Assembly: GCA_963798845.1 (NCBI GenBank)
Contig: CAWCUS010000002.1
Location: 10,073-74,072 of the forward strand
Direction of reading: 5' to 3'
DNA length: 64,000 nt
Source: an uncultured Gemmatimonadales bacterium
GTDB taxonomy: Bacteria > Gemmatimonadota > Gemmatimonadetes > Longimicrobiales > RSA9
The notes under the pieces: model-generated
Seen by the model: the letters and a program-made list of their open reading frames with translations, nothing else
Databases searched by the model: none
Told to the model about the DNA's origin: nothing
Part shown: one piece after another, positions 9,151-18,145 of the stretch
How the letters are laid out: the number at the start of each line of letters is the position of its first letter
Numbering within the stretch: the first letter of the stretch is position 1
Made by a program: the position numbers and the translations under genes

Positions 9151-9761
9151 CCGCCGGGCACGTTGAAGGACACGGGGATCGGCCGCGTACCCCGCTATCT
9201 CGCCCGGACACCGAGACGGAGCTGATCCGGAAGTGCCAGGCCGGGCGGAAGGATTTTTACGAGCCGCTGGTGCGGGCGTACGAGGGGGAGGCGCACAGGG
9301 TGGCGGTGGCGATCATGGGGGACGTGGACGCGGCCCGAGACGCGGTGCAGGAGGCCTTCATCAAGGCGTACCGCGCGCTCGACCGCTTCGAGCTGGGCCG
9401 AAGCTTCCGACCCTGGTTCCTCCAGATCCTGCGCAACCAGTGCCGGGACGCGCTGCGCCGACAGAAGGCGGGGTTCCGCACCGAGCGGATCAGCCCGCTG
9501 ATGAGCGAGCGGATGCCGTCGCACGCGGACACCGAGCGGGCGAGGCGGCAGGCGGAGGCGAAGGAGCTCCTCTGGCAGGGGCTGAGCCGGATCTCGGTGG
9601 ATCACCGGGAAGTCCTGGTCCTGAAGGAGCTGGAGGAGTTGAGCTACGTGGAGATCGCCGAAGCGCTCGGAATCCCGGAGGGGACGGTGGCCAGCCGTCT
9701 CTTCCACGCGCGTCGAGCCCTGAAGGAAGCGCTGGACGAGATCGGGGTGGAGTACCCGTGA
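9147..9761 (+). CDS. ECF (sigma-70 family, RpoE-like) RNA polymerase sigma factor
   Basis: 204 aa. Region 2 (FYEPLVRAYEGEAHRVAVAIMGDVDAARDAVQEAFIKAY, FRPWFLQILRNQCRD) and region 4 (LVLKELEELSYVEIAEALGIPEGTVASRLFHARRAL). The ATG overlaps the epimerase stop (ATGA). Confidence 0.85.
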   Translation: MTAGHVEGHGDRPRTPLSRPDTETELIRKCQAGRKDFYEPLVRAYEGEAHRVAVAIMGDVDAARDAVQEAFIKAYRALDRFELGRSFRPWFLQILRNQCRDALRRQKAGFRTERISPLMSERMPSHADTERARRQAEAKELLWQGLSRISVDHREVLVLKELEELSYVEIAEALGIPEGTVASRLFHARRALKEALDEIGVEYP

Positions 9762-10171
9762 TCACGCACGACGAGCTGATGCGCTACCTGGACGGCGAGC
9801 TCGCGCCGGAGCGTCGGCGCGCCGTCGAGGAGGCGCTCGAGACGAGCACGGAGCTGAAGCGGGAGCTCGCGCTGTATCAGCGCATGAAGACGGATCTGGC
9901 GGAGCTCGGAGCAGACATGGGAACACACAGGACGGTTTGGGACGCGGTGAGCCGGAAGCTCACGCAGCCGGTGGGCTGGATCCTCTTTCTCGCGGGCACC
10001 ACCGTGTGGCTGGCGTACGCCATCTACCAGTTCCTCACGGGCGGCGAGGCGCTCTGGGAGAAGCTGGCCACGAGCGCCATCGTGGTGGGGCTCGTCATGC
10101 TCGCCCTCAGCGCCGTGATCGACCGGCTCCGCGACCTGAAGACGGATCCGTACCGGGGGGTGCAGAGATGA
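9758..10171 (+). CDS. Putative membrane-anchored anti-sigma factor
   Basis: GTG at 9758 overlaps the sigma stop (GTGA). N-terminus HDELMRYLDGELAPERRRAVEEAL resembles anti-sigma N-domains. Two hydrophobic helices follow (WILFLAGTTVWLAYAIYQFL, AIVVGLVMLALSAVI). Confidence 0.65.
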   Translation: MITHDELMRYLDGELAPERRRAVEEALETSTELKRELALYQRMKTDLAELGADMGTHRTVWDAVSRKLTQPVGWILFLAGTTVWLAYAIYQFLTGGEALWEKLATSAIVVGLVMLALSAVIDRLRDLKTDPYRGVQR

Positions 10172-10491
10172 TCGTGACCACGACGTCCGAGATCGAGGGG
10201 CGGCGGGTGGTGGAGACTCTGGGGCTGGTGCGCGGCAACACCATCCGGGCGCGTTTCGTGGGCAGCGACATCATGGCCGTGTTCCGTGCACTGGCCGGCG
10301 GCGAGATCCGCGAGTACACGAAGATGATGGCCGAGTCGCGCGAGCAGGCCATCGACCGGATGATCGAGGAGGCCGACTCCCTTGGCGCCGATGCCGTCAT
10401 CTGCGCCCGGTTCCAGACTTCCATGATCATGAAGGGCGCGGCGGAGATCATGTGCTACGGCACCGCGGTGCGCACGGAAACCACAGCTTAG
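10168..10491 (+). CDS. YbjQ/UPF0145 family protein
   Basis: 107 aa. MIVTTTSEIEGRRVVETLGLVRGNTIRARFVGSDIMAVFRALAGGEIREYTKMMAESREQAIDRMIEEA is classic UPF0145. The ATG overlaps the anti-sigma stop (ATGA). Confidence 0.85.
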   Translation: MIVTTTSEIEGRRVVETLGLVRGNTIRARFVGSDIMAVFRALAGGEIREYTKMMAESREQAIDRMIEEADSLGADAVICARFQTSMIMKGAAEIMCYGTAVRTETTA

Positions 10492-10528
10492 CCGCGTCAC
10501 GCGTTCGTCCCTGCGGAGGGGCGGCCGC

Positions 10529-13294
10529 CTAGCGGCTCCGGCCGGCTCGGGCTGCGGCCTCCGACGCGCCCTCCCTGGCCTCCGCGTCCTCGCTCGGCGC
10601 CGCGTCGCCGCCCGGCTCCGCCTGGTCCGCGGGCAGCGGCACGTCCGGCGCCACCAGCGGGAGAGTGAGGGTGAAGGTGCTGCCGCGCTCGGCGTCGCTG
10701 TCGAGCGCCAGCCCGCCTCCGAGCAGCCTGGCCAGGTGGCGGCTGACCGGCAGCCCGAGCCCGGTCCCACCGGCCCGACGCGTCATGGACTGATCCACCT
10801 GCGTGAACGCGTCGAAGACCCGCTCCTGGTCTTCCGCGGAGATCCCGATCCCGGTATCGGAGACCTGGACTTCCACCCGGTCACCGTCGACGGTGAAGCG
10901 GACGGCGATCTCCCCGTCCTCGGTGAACTTGATGGCGTTGGAGATGAGGTTGAGCAGGATCTGCCGCACCTTCCCGGCGTCGGTGCTCCCCTCCACCTCC
11001 CCCTCCGGGATGTCGACGCGGAACACCAGCCCCTTGGCCTCGACCTCGCGCTCCATGAGCAGGGCGACGTCGCGGGTCAGCTCGGCCAGGTCCACGCTCT
11101 CCCGGAATACTTCCTCCTTCCCGGCCTCGATGCGCGACAGGCTCAGGATCTGATTGATCAGGTCGCGCAGGTGCGTGGCGGAGGCGCGAATGCGCGAAAG
11201 CTGATCCTTCTGTTTCTCGTTCACCGGCCCCACGATCTCTTCGGACAGGAGCTCCTGATAGCCGATGATGGCGGCGAGGGGGGTCCTGAGCTCGTGGCTC
11301 ATCATGGCCACGAACTGGCTCTTGGCCTGGCTCGCCGCCTCCGCCGCCTGTCTGGCCGCGTGCTCGGTCTCGTACAGCCGCGCCCGTTCCAGGGCCTGGA
11401 CGCACTGGCGCCCGATGGCCAGCAGGAACTCCCGGTCCTCCGACGTGAAGTCGCGGGGCGTCGGGTAGGTGAAGCCCAGACCGCCCAGGATGCGATCGCC
11501 GGAGCGGAGCGGAACGGCGGAAAGGGCGCCGACGGTCGTCCGCTCCGCGAGCGTGTCCGCCAGGTCGGGGAACCGTTTCGCCAGCTCCCGGGTGCTCTCG
11601 ACCAGGACTACCTCTCCCAGCCGGACGGCCGAGGCGAGCGGGGCGTGCGCGTCGGGGCCGAACACGCGGTAGCGGTCCACGACCTTCTGGGGCACGCCCA
11701 CGGAGCGGACGATGCGGAATGAGGGCGGATCCCCGCTGGCGAGGATGAGGGACCCGCTGTTCGCGTCGAGGGCGGCCATGCCCGCATCGACGATCACGGA
11801 AGCCACGGCCTCCGGCGTGACCGCCTCGGACAGCTCGGCCGTGATGGACTGAAGACGGGTGATCCGCTCCTTCGCCTCCTCCGCTCGCCGTCTGGCCTCG
11901 CGCTCCGCGGCGTGGAGCTGGGTGTTCTCGATGGCGAGGGCGGCGCGGCCGGCGAGCTCCTCGGCCACGATCAGGTCGTCGGTGCCGTAGCTCCGGTCGG
12001 ACTCCGCGTTCATGAACGTGATGACGCCGAGGGCGCGGTCGCGCACGCGAATGGGCACGGAGATGTAGGAGCGCAGCCCCAGGTCGCGGATGAGGCGGCG
12101 GTGGCTGTCGTCGTGGGCGAGCTCGTCGAGCAGCGCCGGCGGGATCTCCGGGGCCAGCTCCGGCTTCCCGCTCCGCAGGACCGCGCGGGGCCCGTGCTCG
12201 GCATCGGGCTCGGGGGGATAGCGCTCGTCGATCTGGCGGGCGAGAGCGACGCGGTCGGGGTCGATGTGGGCGACCGCGAGGCGGTCCAGGTCGCCGTCCG
12301 GGTTGACCATGTCCACGACGCACCAGTCGGCGAACGAGGGGACGGCCAGCCAGGCGATGGTGCTGAGGGTCTCCTCGAACTCCAACGACGCGCCGACCAG
12401 GGCGCTTGCTTCGGCCAGGAAGCCCATCCGCTGCGCCGTGCGCTCGGCTTCGGCTCGCGCGATCTGCTCCGCGCTCAGGCGCCGGGTCCTCTCCTCGGCC
12501 ACCTTCAACTCGGTGATGTCGAGCGCGGTGCCGTGCAGGCCGACCATCCGGCCCTGTTCGTCCCGGAGCACCTCCCCGCGACCCTGCACCCAGCGCTCGA
12601 CGCCGTCGGGCGTGACGACCCGGTGCTCGTGGACGAGGGCTGTGCCCGTGGCGATGGCGTGGTCGACTGCGGCGAGGACGCGATCGCGGTCGTCGGGGTG
12701 GATGGCGTCAATGTACCCGGGGTAGTCGACCGGGGTGCCCGGCTCGCGACCGTAGATCCGGTACATCTCGTCGGACCAGCGGAGGGCGCCGGTGTGGCGG
12801 TTCCACTCCCAGCTTCCGACGTGGGCGATCTGCTGGGCCTCGGCGAGCTGCCGCTCGCGGGACCGCAGCTCCTCGAGCGCGCCGCGCAGGTCGGTGAGGT
12901 CCGCGGTCACCTTCGCGAAGCCGACGAGGCGGTCGCCGTCGAACAGGGCGGTGATGACCACGTGGGCCCAGAAGCGGCTTCCATCGCGGCGCAGACGCCA
13001 ACCCCGCCCCTCGACCCGGCCCGTTCGGGCGGCTTCCTCGAGCTGTCGCTCCGGCCTGCCGGATGCTCGCTCCGCGTCCGGATAGAACATCCGGTAGTGC
13101 TGCCCGATGGCCTGCTCCGGGGTGTAGCCCTTGAGGCGCTGGGCGCCCGGATTCCAGCTGGAGATCCGTCCCTGTGGGTCCAGCAGGAAGATGGCGTAGT
13201 CCTGGACGCTCTCCACCAGCAGGCGGAAGTAGGCGTCCGGCTGGGCGGCGTGCGGTCTGATCTCCGGCAGCTCGCGCTGCGGATCACGCGCCAT
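10529..13294 (-). CDS. Cytoplasmic multi-sensor histidine kinase (PAS-PAS-GAF-GAF-HisKA-HATPase_c)
   Basis: 921 aa with no TM segment. H-box MMSHELRTPL and G-box GGTGLGLPVSR. PAS-like blocks include YAIFLLDPQGRISSWNPGAQRLKGY and AHVGSWEWN. No receiver domain. Confidence 0.9.
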   Translation of the reverse strand: MARDPQRELPEIRPHAAQPDAYFRLLVESVQDYAIFLLDPQGRISSWNPGAQRLKGYTPEQAIGQHYRMFYPDAERASGRPERQLEEAARTGRVEGRGWRLRRDGSRFWAHVVITALFDGDRLVGFAKVTADLTDLRGALEELRSRERQLAEAQQIAHVGSWEWNRHTGALRWSDEMYRIYGREPGTPVDYPGYIDAIHPDDRDRVLAAVDHAIATGTALVHEHRVVTPDGVERWVQGRGEVLRDEQGRMVGLHGTALDITELKVAEERTRRLSAEQIARAEAERTAQRMGFLAEASALVGASLEFEETLSTIAWLAVPSFADWCVVDMVNPDGDLDRLAVAHIDPDRVALARQIDERYPPEPDAEHGPRAVLRSGKPELAPEIPPALLDELAHDDSHRRLIRDLGLRSYISVPIRVRDRALGVITFMNAESDRSYGTDDLIVAEELAGRAALAIENTQLHAAEREARRRAEEAKERITRLQSITAELSEAVTPEAVASVIVDAGMAALDANSGSLILASGDPPSFRIVRSVGVPQKVVDRYRVFGPDAHAPLASAVRLGEVVLVESTRELAKRFPDLADTLAERTTVGALSAVPLRSGDRILGGLGFTYPTPRDFTSEDREFLLAIGRQCVQALERARLYETEHAARQAAEAASQAKSQFVAMMSHELRTPLAAIIGYQELLSEEIVGPVNEKQKDQLSRIRASATHLRDLINQILSLSRIEAGKEEVFRESVDLAELTRDVALLMEREVEAKGLVFRVDIPEGEVEGSTDAGKVRQILLNLISNAIKFTEDGEIAVRFTVDGDRVEVQVSDTGIGISAEDQERVFDAFTQVDQSMTRRAGGTGLGLPVSRHLARLLGGGLALDSDAERGSTFTLTLPLVAPDVPLPADQAEPGGDAAPSEDAEAREGASEAAARAGRSR

Positions 13295-15422
13295 GTCTGG
13301 TCATCTCTCCGGCCTCCGGGATCCACACCGTGAACGTGCTCCCGACTCCGGGCTCGCTGTCCACTTCGATGCTCCCGCCCAGCAGCCCCAGGAGGCGCTG
13401 GTTCACGCTCAGCCCCAGTCCGGTTCCCCCCACGGTCCGGGTGTTCGGAGACTCCGCTTGCCAGAACGGCTCGAAGATCCGGGTGGTGTCCTCCGGCGCG
13501 ATGCCGATCCCCGTGTCGCTGACCCGCAGCTCCACGGCATGGTCGAGCGCGCGCGCCTCCACGGCCACCTCGCCCTCGTGCGTATACTTCACGGCGTTGC
13601 TCAGCAGGTTGACCAGGATCTGTCGGACCTTCCCGATATCGGTCACGATCTCGGGACCGTGCTCGGGGACGGCGACCCGAAGCTTCAGCCCCTTGTCCCG
13701 CGCGTCTGGCTCCAACAAGACTGCCGCTTCACGCACGACGTCGCCGATATCCGCGCGCGTGGCCCGCACCTCGGTACGCCCCGTCTCCACGCGGGCGTAG
13801 GCCAGGATCTCGTCTATGATCTGCGCCAGATGGCGCGCGCCCACCTTGATCCGCTCCACCTGGTGCAGCTGGGGGTCCGGGAGCGTGCCGCCGACGCCGC
13901 TCGCCATGAGGTCGGCGTACCCGGCAATGGCGTTCAACGGGGTGCGCAGCTCGTGCGAGACCACGGCCAGGAAGTCGGCCTTGGCGCGGTTCCCCTCCTC
14001 CGCCCGACGGTATAGCCGGGCGTTCTCGATGGCCAGCGCCGCGCGCCGCGCCAGCTCCTCCGCCAGCTCGATGTCGGAGCGGTCGTGGCGCCGGCCTGAG
14101 TGCGTGACCGCGAACGTCATGGTCCCGATCGCCGTGTCCCGGCCCAGGAGCGGGACGACCAGCACGGAGCGGATGCCGAGCTCTTCCAGGCGACCGGGGC
14201 GCAGCAGCTCCGGTCCCTCGCTGGACGGCCCGGTCAGCGTGTCCGCGGAACGGACGACAGCGGCCACCAGCCCGGTCTCCGGCGTTCCGGCTTCGGCTTC
14301 GAAGCGGGCGGCGGCGTCCCGTTCGGCATCGGGAAGCACGCGGGCTACGGTGTCGCCGCCGGGGGCGTCGCGGGAGGTGGTGTGCACGATGCACCAGTCC
14401 CCGAGAGTGGGCACGGCGAGAGCGGCCACGGTGCGGAGCGTGATGCCGAAATCGAGCGAGCTGGCCAGCACCCGCCCCGCCTCCGAGAGGAAGCGCTGCC
14501 CCTCTTCAGCGCGCTTGCGCTCGGTGATGTCCGTGGAAACGCCGACCACGCCCACCAGCCGCCCTTCCGCGTCGGTGATGGGGGAATCCGTAAGAAGTAC
14601 CTGGAACTCACGGCCGTCGCGGCTTTGCACGCCGAACTCCCCCGACCAGCTCTCTCCCTCGCGCAGCCTCGCCATGATCGCCTGCGCCTCGCCTCTGGCG
14701 TGGGCGGCCGGCGTGACCTCGGCGACGTCCCGGCCGAGTACCTCGGCCGCCGACCAGCCGAACATGCGCTCGGCGTGAGCGTTCCAGTAGAGGATGCGGC
14801 CGGCCAGGTCCGTCGCGATCACCGCTTCGCCCACCGCGTCCAGGAGCCGCGCCTGGAAGCGGAGCCGACGCTCCTTCTCCCGCAGAGCCGCCTCCGCGCC
14901 TCGCCGGAGGAGAAACTCCCCGAGGTGGGCCGCCATGGCGACCATGGTCTCGAGCAGCTCCGGATCGCGCTCCACACGCTGGCGAGTGAACAGCTGCAGC
15001 ACTGCGCACCCGCCGCCGTCCAGTGGGACCGGGACGGCGAAGGCGCCATGGAGCCCGGCCCCGCGCGCGGGCTCCCTGCGGACCAATCCTCCGTCCTCCA
15101 GCACGTCGGGGACCCAGGCCGGGCGGCGAGAGTCGGTCACCCGGCCGGGCAATCCGGTCCCGGCGGGGAGTGTGAGGGTCTCGCCCGCGTCGACGAACGC
15201 GCCCACGTCGGCCAGCGGGTCGCTCCAGCACGCCGAGCGGCGCAGCGCGCCGGAAGTGTCGGCCGGGACCCAGTACTCCGCCACGGTCCACTCCAGGCCC
15301 CCGCCGACGGCGGCGAGGACGTCGTCCACAGCCTGCGCGGCCGTGTCGGCGGTCATGAGCGCGCGGGCCACACCGGTCAGTGCGGCCAGGCGGAGCCGTG
15401 TCCTGCGCTCCGGATCGGCCAC
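13284..15422 (-). CDS. Cytoplasmic multi-sensor histidine kinase (GAF-PAS-GAF-HisKA-HATPase_c)
   Basis: The track ORF extends to 15698 but would then overlap bcp. The GTG at 15422 sits 1 nt after the bcp stop. H-box VVSHELRTPL and G-box GGTGLGLSV. The stop overlaps the downstream kinase start by 11 nt. Confidence 0.85.
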   Translation of the reverse strand: MADPERRTRLRLAALTGVARALMTADTAAQAVDDVLAAVGGGLEWTVAEYWVPADTSGALRRSACWSDPLADVGAFVDAGETLTLPAGTGLPGRVTDSRRPAWVPDVLEDGGLVRREPARGAGLHGAFAVPVPLDGGGCAVLQLFTRQRVERDPELLETMVAMAAHLGEFLLRRGAEAALREKERRLRFQARLLDAVGEAVIATDLAGRILYWNAHAERMFGWSAAEVLGRDVAEVTPAAHARGEAQAIMARLREGESWSGEFGVQSRDGREFQVLLTDSPITDAEGRLVGVVGVSTDITERKRAEEGQRFLSEAGRVLASSLDFGITLRTVAALAVPTLGDWCIVHTTSRDAPGGDTVARVLPDAERDAAARFEAEAGTPETGLVAAVVRSADTLTGPSSEGPELLRPGRLEELGIRSVLVVPLLGRDTAIGTMTFAVTHSGRRHDRSDIELAEELARRAALAIENARLYRRAEEGNRAKADFLAVVSHELRTPLNAIAGYADLMASGVGGTLPDPQLHQVERIKVGARHLAQIIDEILAYARVETGRTEVRATRADIGDVVREAAVLLEPDARDKGLKLRVAVPEHGPEIVTDIGKVRQILVNLLSNAVKYTHEGEVAVEARALDHAVELRVSDTGIGIAPEDTTRIFEPFWQAESPNTRTVGGTGLGLSVNQRLLGLLGGSIEVDSEPGVGSTFTVWIPEAGEMTRHGA

Positions 15423-15423
15423 T

Positions 15424-15894
15424 TCAGGCGCCGAGGACCTCAAGGACCTGTTCCGCGTGTTTCTTGGGACGGACACGTCGAAACGCCCTGGCGATCCGCC
15501 CCTCGTCATCGATGATGAACGTGGAGCGCTCGATCCCCATGGACTTCCTGCCGTACAGCGATCGCTCCTTCCACACCCCGTACGCTTCCGCCACCGCGTG
15601 GTCCGTGTCGGACAGGAGGGTGAACGGCAGCTTGAATTTGCTGGAGAAGCGCCGGTGGGAGTCCACGTCATCTGGGCTGACGCCGAGCACCACGGCATCG
15701 GTGTTCTGGAACTCCGGCCATTCGTTCCGGATGCCGCACGCCTGCACGGTGCAGCCGGACGTGTCGTCCTTGGGGTAGAAGTAGAGGACCACCCGCTGGC
15801 CCCTCAGATCGGACAGCGCGATCTCCACCTCCTGCCCGCTCCCCGTGATGCCGCGCAGCGAGAAGTCCGGTGCCCGCTCACCCTGCTCTGGCAT
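15424..15894 (-). CDS. bcp: Thioredoxin-dependent peroxiredoxin Bcp
   Basis: 156 aa. APDFSL, VVLYFYPKDDTSGCTVQAC (peroxidatic and resolving Cys) and FTLLSD are typical of Bcp/PrxQ. Confidence 0.9.
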   Translation of the reverse strand: MPEQGERAPDFSLRGITGSGQEVEIALSDLRGQRVVLYFYPKDDTSGCTVQACGIRNEWPEFQNTDAVVLGVSPDDVDSHRRFSSKFKLPFTLLSDTDHAVAEAYGVWKERSLYGRKSMGIERSTFIIDDEGRIARAFRRVRPKKHAEQVLEVLGA

Positions 15895-16079
15895 GCTCCT
15901 CCCCCGGTCGCGTCTCTGTGGCGCCTCGAACCAGTCGAGACGGTGCCATTATCGTGCCAGCTCGCACAAGCCCGCGCACGTGCGGAGGCGAGATCGGCGG
16001 TCAGCAGCTTTCGGCACTCCGGCGCCTGAGCCTACGTTGGGCCGGAGCGCTTTGTGCATCAAGTCCACTCGGAGAATCC

Positions 16080-16682
16080 ATGCCTTCGACCGACGCATTG
16101 CTGATCGTGGACGTCCAGAACGATTTCTGCCCTACGGGCGCGCTCGCGGTGCCGCAGGGGGATCGTGTGGTGCCGGTCCTGAACGAGTATGCGGCGCGGT
16201 TCCACGGCCTGGGCCTCCCGGTCTACGCTTCGCGGGATTGGCACCCCGAGCGGACGCGGCACTTCGCAGCCATGGGCGGGCCGTGGCCACGCCACTGCGT
16301 CGCCGGGACGCCGGGCGCGGCGTTCCACCCGGAGCTCCGGCTGCCGGAAGGGACGCTCGTGCTGTCGAAGGGCACCGATCCCAACGACGACGGCTACTCG
16401 GCCTTCGAGGCCGTGGCGGAGGACGGCCACGGGCTCTCGGAGGCGCTGAAGGCGCGCGGAGTCGATCGCCTGTACGTGGGCGGCCTGGCGACGGACTACT
16501 GCGTCCGAGCCACGGTGCGGGACGCCGTAGCGCGCGGCATCCGACCGGTCGTGCTACTGGATGCCGTCCAGGGGATCGACGTGCGGCAGGGGGACGAGGC
16601 GAGAGCGCTGGACGAGATGATGCGGGCGGGTGCGGGAACGGCGACGCTGGCGACGATCGACGAGGATCTGGAGGAGCGGTGA
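16080..16682 (+). CDS. pncA: Nicotinamidase/pyrazinamidase (isochorismatase family)
   Basis: Met at 16080 preceded by GGAGAA. ALLIVDVQNDFCPTGALAV, SRDWHP and YVGGLATDYCV (catalytic Cys). Confidence 0.85.
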   Translation: MPSTDALLIVDVQNDFCPTGALAVPQGDRVVPVLNEYAARFHGLGLPVYASRDWHPERTRHFAAMGGPWPRHCVAGTPGAAFHPELRLPEGTLVLSKGTDPNDDGYSAFEAVAEDGHGLSEALKARGVDRLYVGGLATDYCVRATVRDAVARGIRPVVLLDAVQGIDVRQGDEARALDEMMRAGAGTATLATIDEDLEER

Positions 16683-18139
16683 TGTCGGACGACAGAGCGG
16701 CGACGGCAGCGGAGCGGCAGGCCGGCGGCGAGGCCGGCGGAGATGCCAGTGGCAAGGCCGGCGGGGGCGGCACGGGGTTCGGGACGGGTGACGCCGCGAG
16801 TGCCGGGAACGGCGCCGGTGTGCACGCGCACCGGGGCGCGGAGCGGAAGACGCTGCGCACCGCGGAGCTTCCGGCGGGTGCGGAGGCGCAGCCGCCGGCC
16901 GACGAGATGACGCCGTTCGACGCGGTCAACTATCAGTTCGACTGCGCGGCGAGGCGGCTGGGACTGTCGGAGCACCTCCAGGTGGCGCTGAAGACGCCGT
17001 ACCGTGAAGTGATGGTGGAGATCCCGCTGATCGGCGACGATGGCGACATCCGCACGTTCCACGGCTACCGCGTCCAGCACAACAACGCCCGGGGCCCCAT
17101 GAAGGGCGGGCTGCGCTACCACCCGGACGTCGACCTCGACGAGGCGAGGGCGCTCGCATCGCTCATGACGTGGAAGACGGCGGTGGCGAACATCCCGTTC
17201 GGCGGGGCGAAGGGGGGCGTCGACATCGACCCCGCCCGATTCTCGCGCGCGGAAGTCGAGCGGATCACGCGCACGTTCATCGGCCGCATCCACCAGTTCA
17301 TCGGTCCCAACGAGGACGTGCCAGCGCCGGACGTGAACACGAACCCGCAGGTCATGGCGTGGATCGTGGACGAGTACTCGAAGTTCCGCGGCTTCACCCC
17401 TGCCGTCGTGACGGGAAAGCCGCTGGAGGTGGGCGGCTCACCCGGCCGGATTTCCGCCACCGGCCGAGGCGTTGCCATCATCGCAGCGAGGGCGGCAGCG
17501 GACGAACGCCTGGCACTCGACGGCGCCCGCGTTGCCGTACAGGGGTTCGGCAATGTGGGCAGCTGGAGCGCGCACTTCCTCTCGGAGCTCGGCGCTCGGG
17601 TGGTGGCCGTGAGCGACGTCGACGGCGGCGTGTACCGCGAGGACGGGCTGGACGTGGCGCGGCTGCGGGAGATGACGGCCGCGGGCGAGAGCGTGGCCGC
17701 CTGCGGAGACGGGGCCGAGCCGATCACCAACGCCGAGCTCCTGGAGCTGGACGTGGACGTGCTCGTCCCCGCCGCGCTGGGTGGTGTGATCACGCGCTGG
17801 AACGCCCGCAACGTCCGGGCGAAGCTGGTGGTGGAGGGGGCGAACGCGCCCACCACGCCCGCCGGCGACGCCATCCTCGAGGAGCGCGGCGTGAAGGTCG
17901 TTCCCGACATCCTCGCCAACGCCGGCGGCGTGACGGCATCATACTTCGAATGGGTGCAGAACCTCCAGCAGTTCCGCTGGTCCGAGGAGCAGGTGGACCG
18001 GGAGCTGAAATCCGTGATGGAGCGCGCATGGGCCGAGGTGCGCGATGCCGCCCGAGAGCAGGAGACGTCGCTGCGGACCGCCGCGTTCATGGTGGCGATC
18101 CGCAGAGTGGCGCGGGCTGTTCAGGTGCGGGGGGGGTAG
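16682..18139 (+). CDS. gdhA: Glu/Leu/Phe/Val-family glutamate dehydrogenase with a ~75-aa Gly/Ala-rich N-terminal extension
   Basis: The ATG at 16682 overlaps the pncA stop (TGATG). HNNARGPMKGGLRYHP, MTWKTAVANIPFGGAKGG (catalytic Lys) and VAVQGFGNVGSW (Rossmann). An alternative start is Met 16907. Confidence 0.9.
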   Translation: MSDDRAATAAERQAGGEAGGDASGKAGGGGTGFGTGDAASAGNGAGVHAHRGAERKTLRTAELPAGAEAQPPADEMTPFDAVNYQFDCAARRLGLSEHLQVALKTPYREVMVEIPLIGDDGDIRTFHGYRVQHNNARGPMKGGLRYHPDVDLDEARALASLMTWKTAVANIPFGGAKGGVDIDPARFSRAEVERITRTFIGRIHQFIGPNEDVPAPDVNTNPQVMAWIVDEYSKFRGFTPAVVTGKPLEVGGSPGRISATGRGVAIIAARAAADERLALDGARVAVQGFGNVGSWSAHFLSELGARVVAVSDVDGGVYREDGLDVARLREMTAAGESVAACGDGAEPITNAELLELDVDVLVPAALGGVITRWNARNVRAKLVVEGANAPTTPAGDAILEERGVKVVPDILANAGGVTASYFEWVQNLQQFRWSEEQVDRELKSVMERAWAEVRDAAREQETSLRTAAFMVAIRRVARAVQVRGG

Positions 18140-18145
18140 CGGGGG

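Noticed and set aside
15975-15984. 10-bp palindromes such as CGCACGTGCG (bcp/pncA spacer) and CGTTCGAACG (~28775)
   Set aside because: Perfect 10-bp palindromes are expected dozens of times by chance in 64 kb, so there is no additional support.
15845-16681. N-terminal part of the 764-aa ORF 15845-18139
   Set aside because: It overlaps bcp and pncA in other frames. The GDH homology begins well after 16682.
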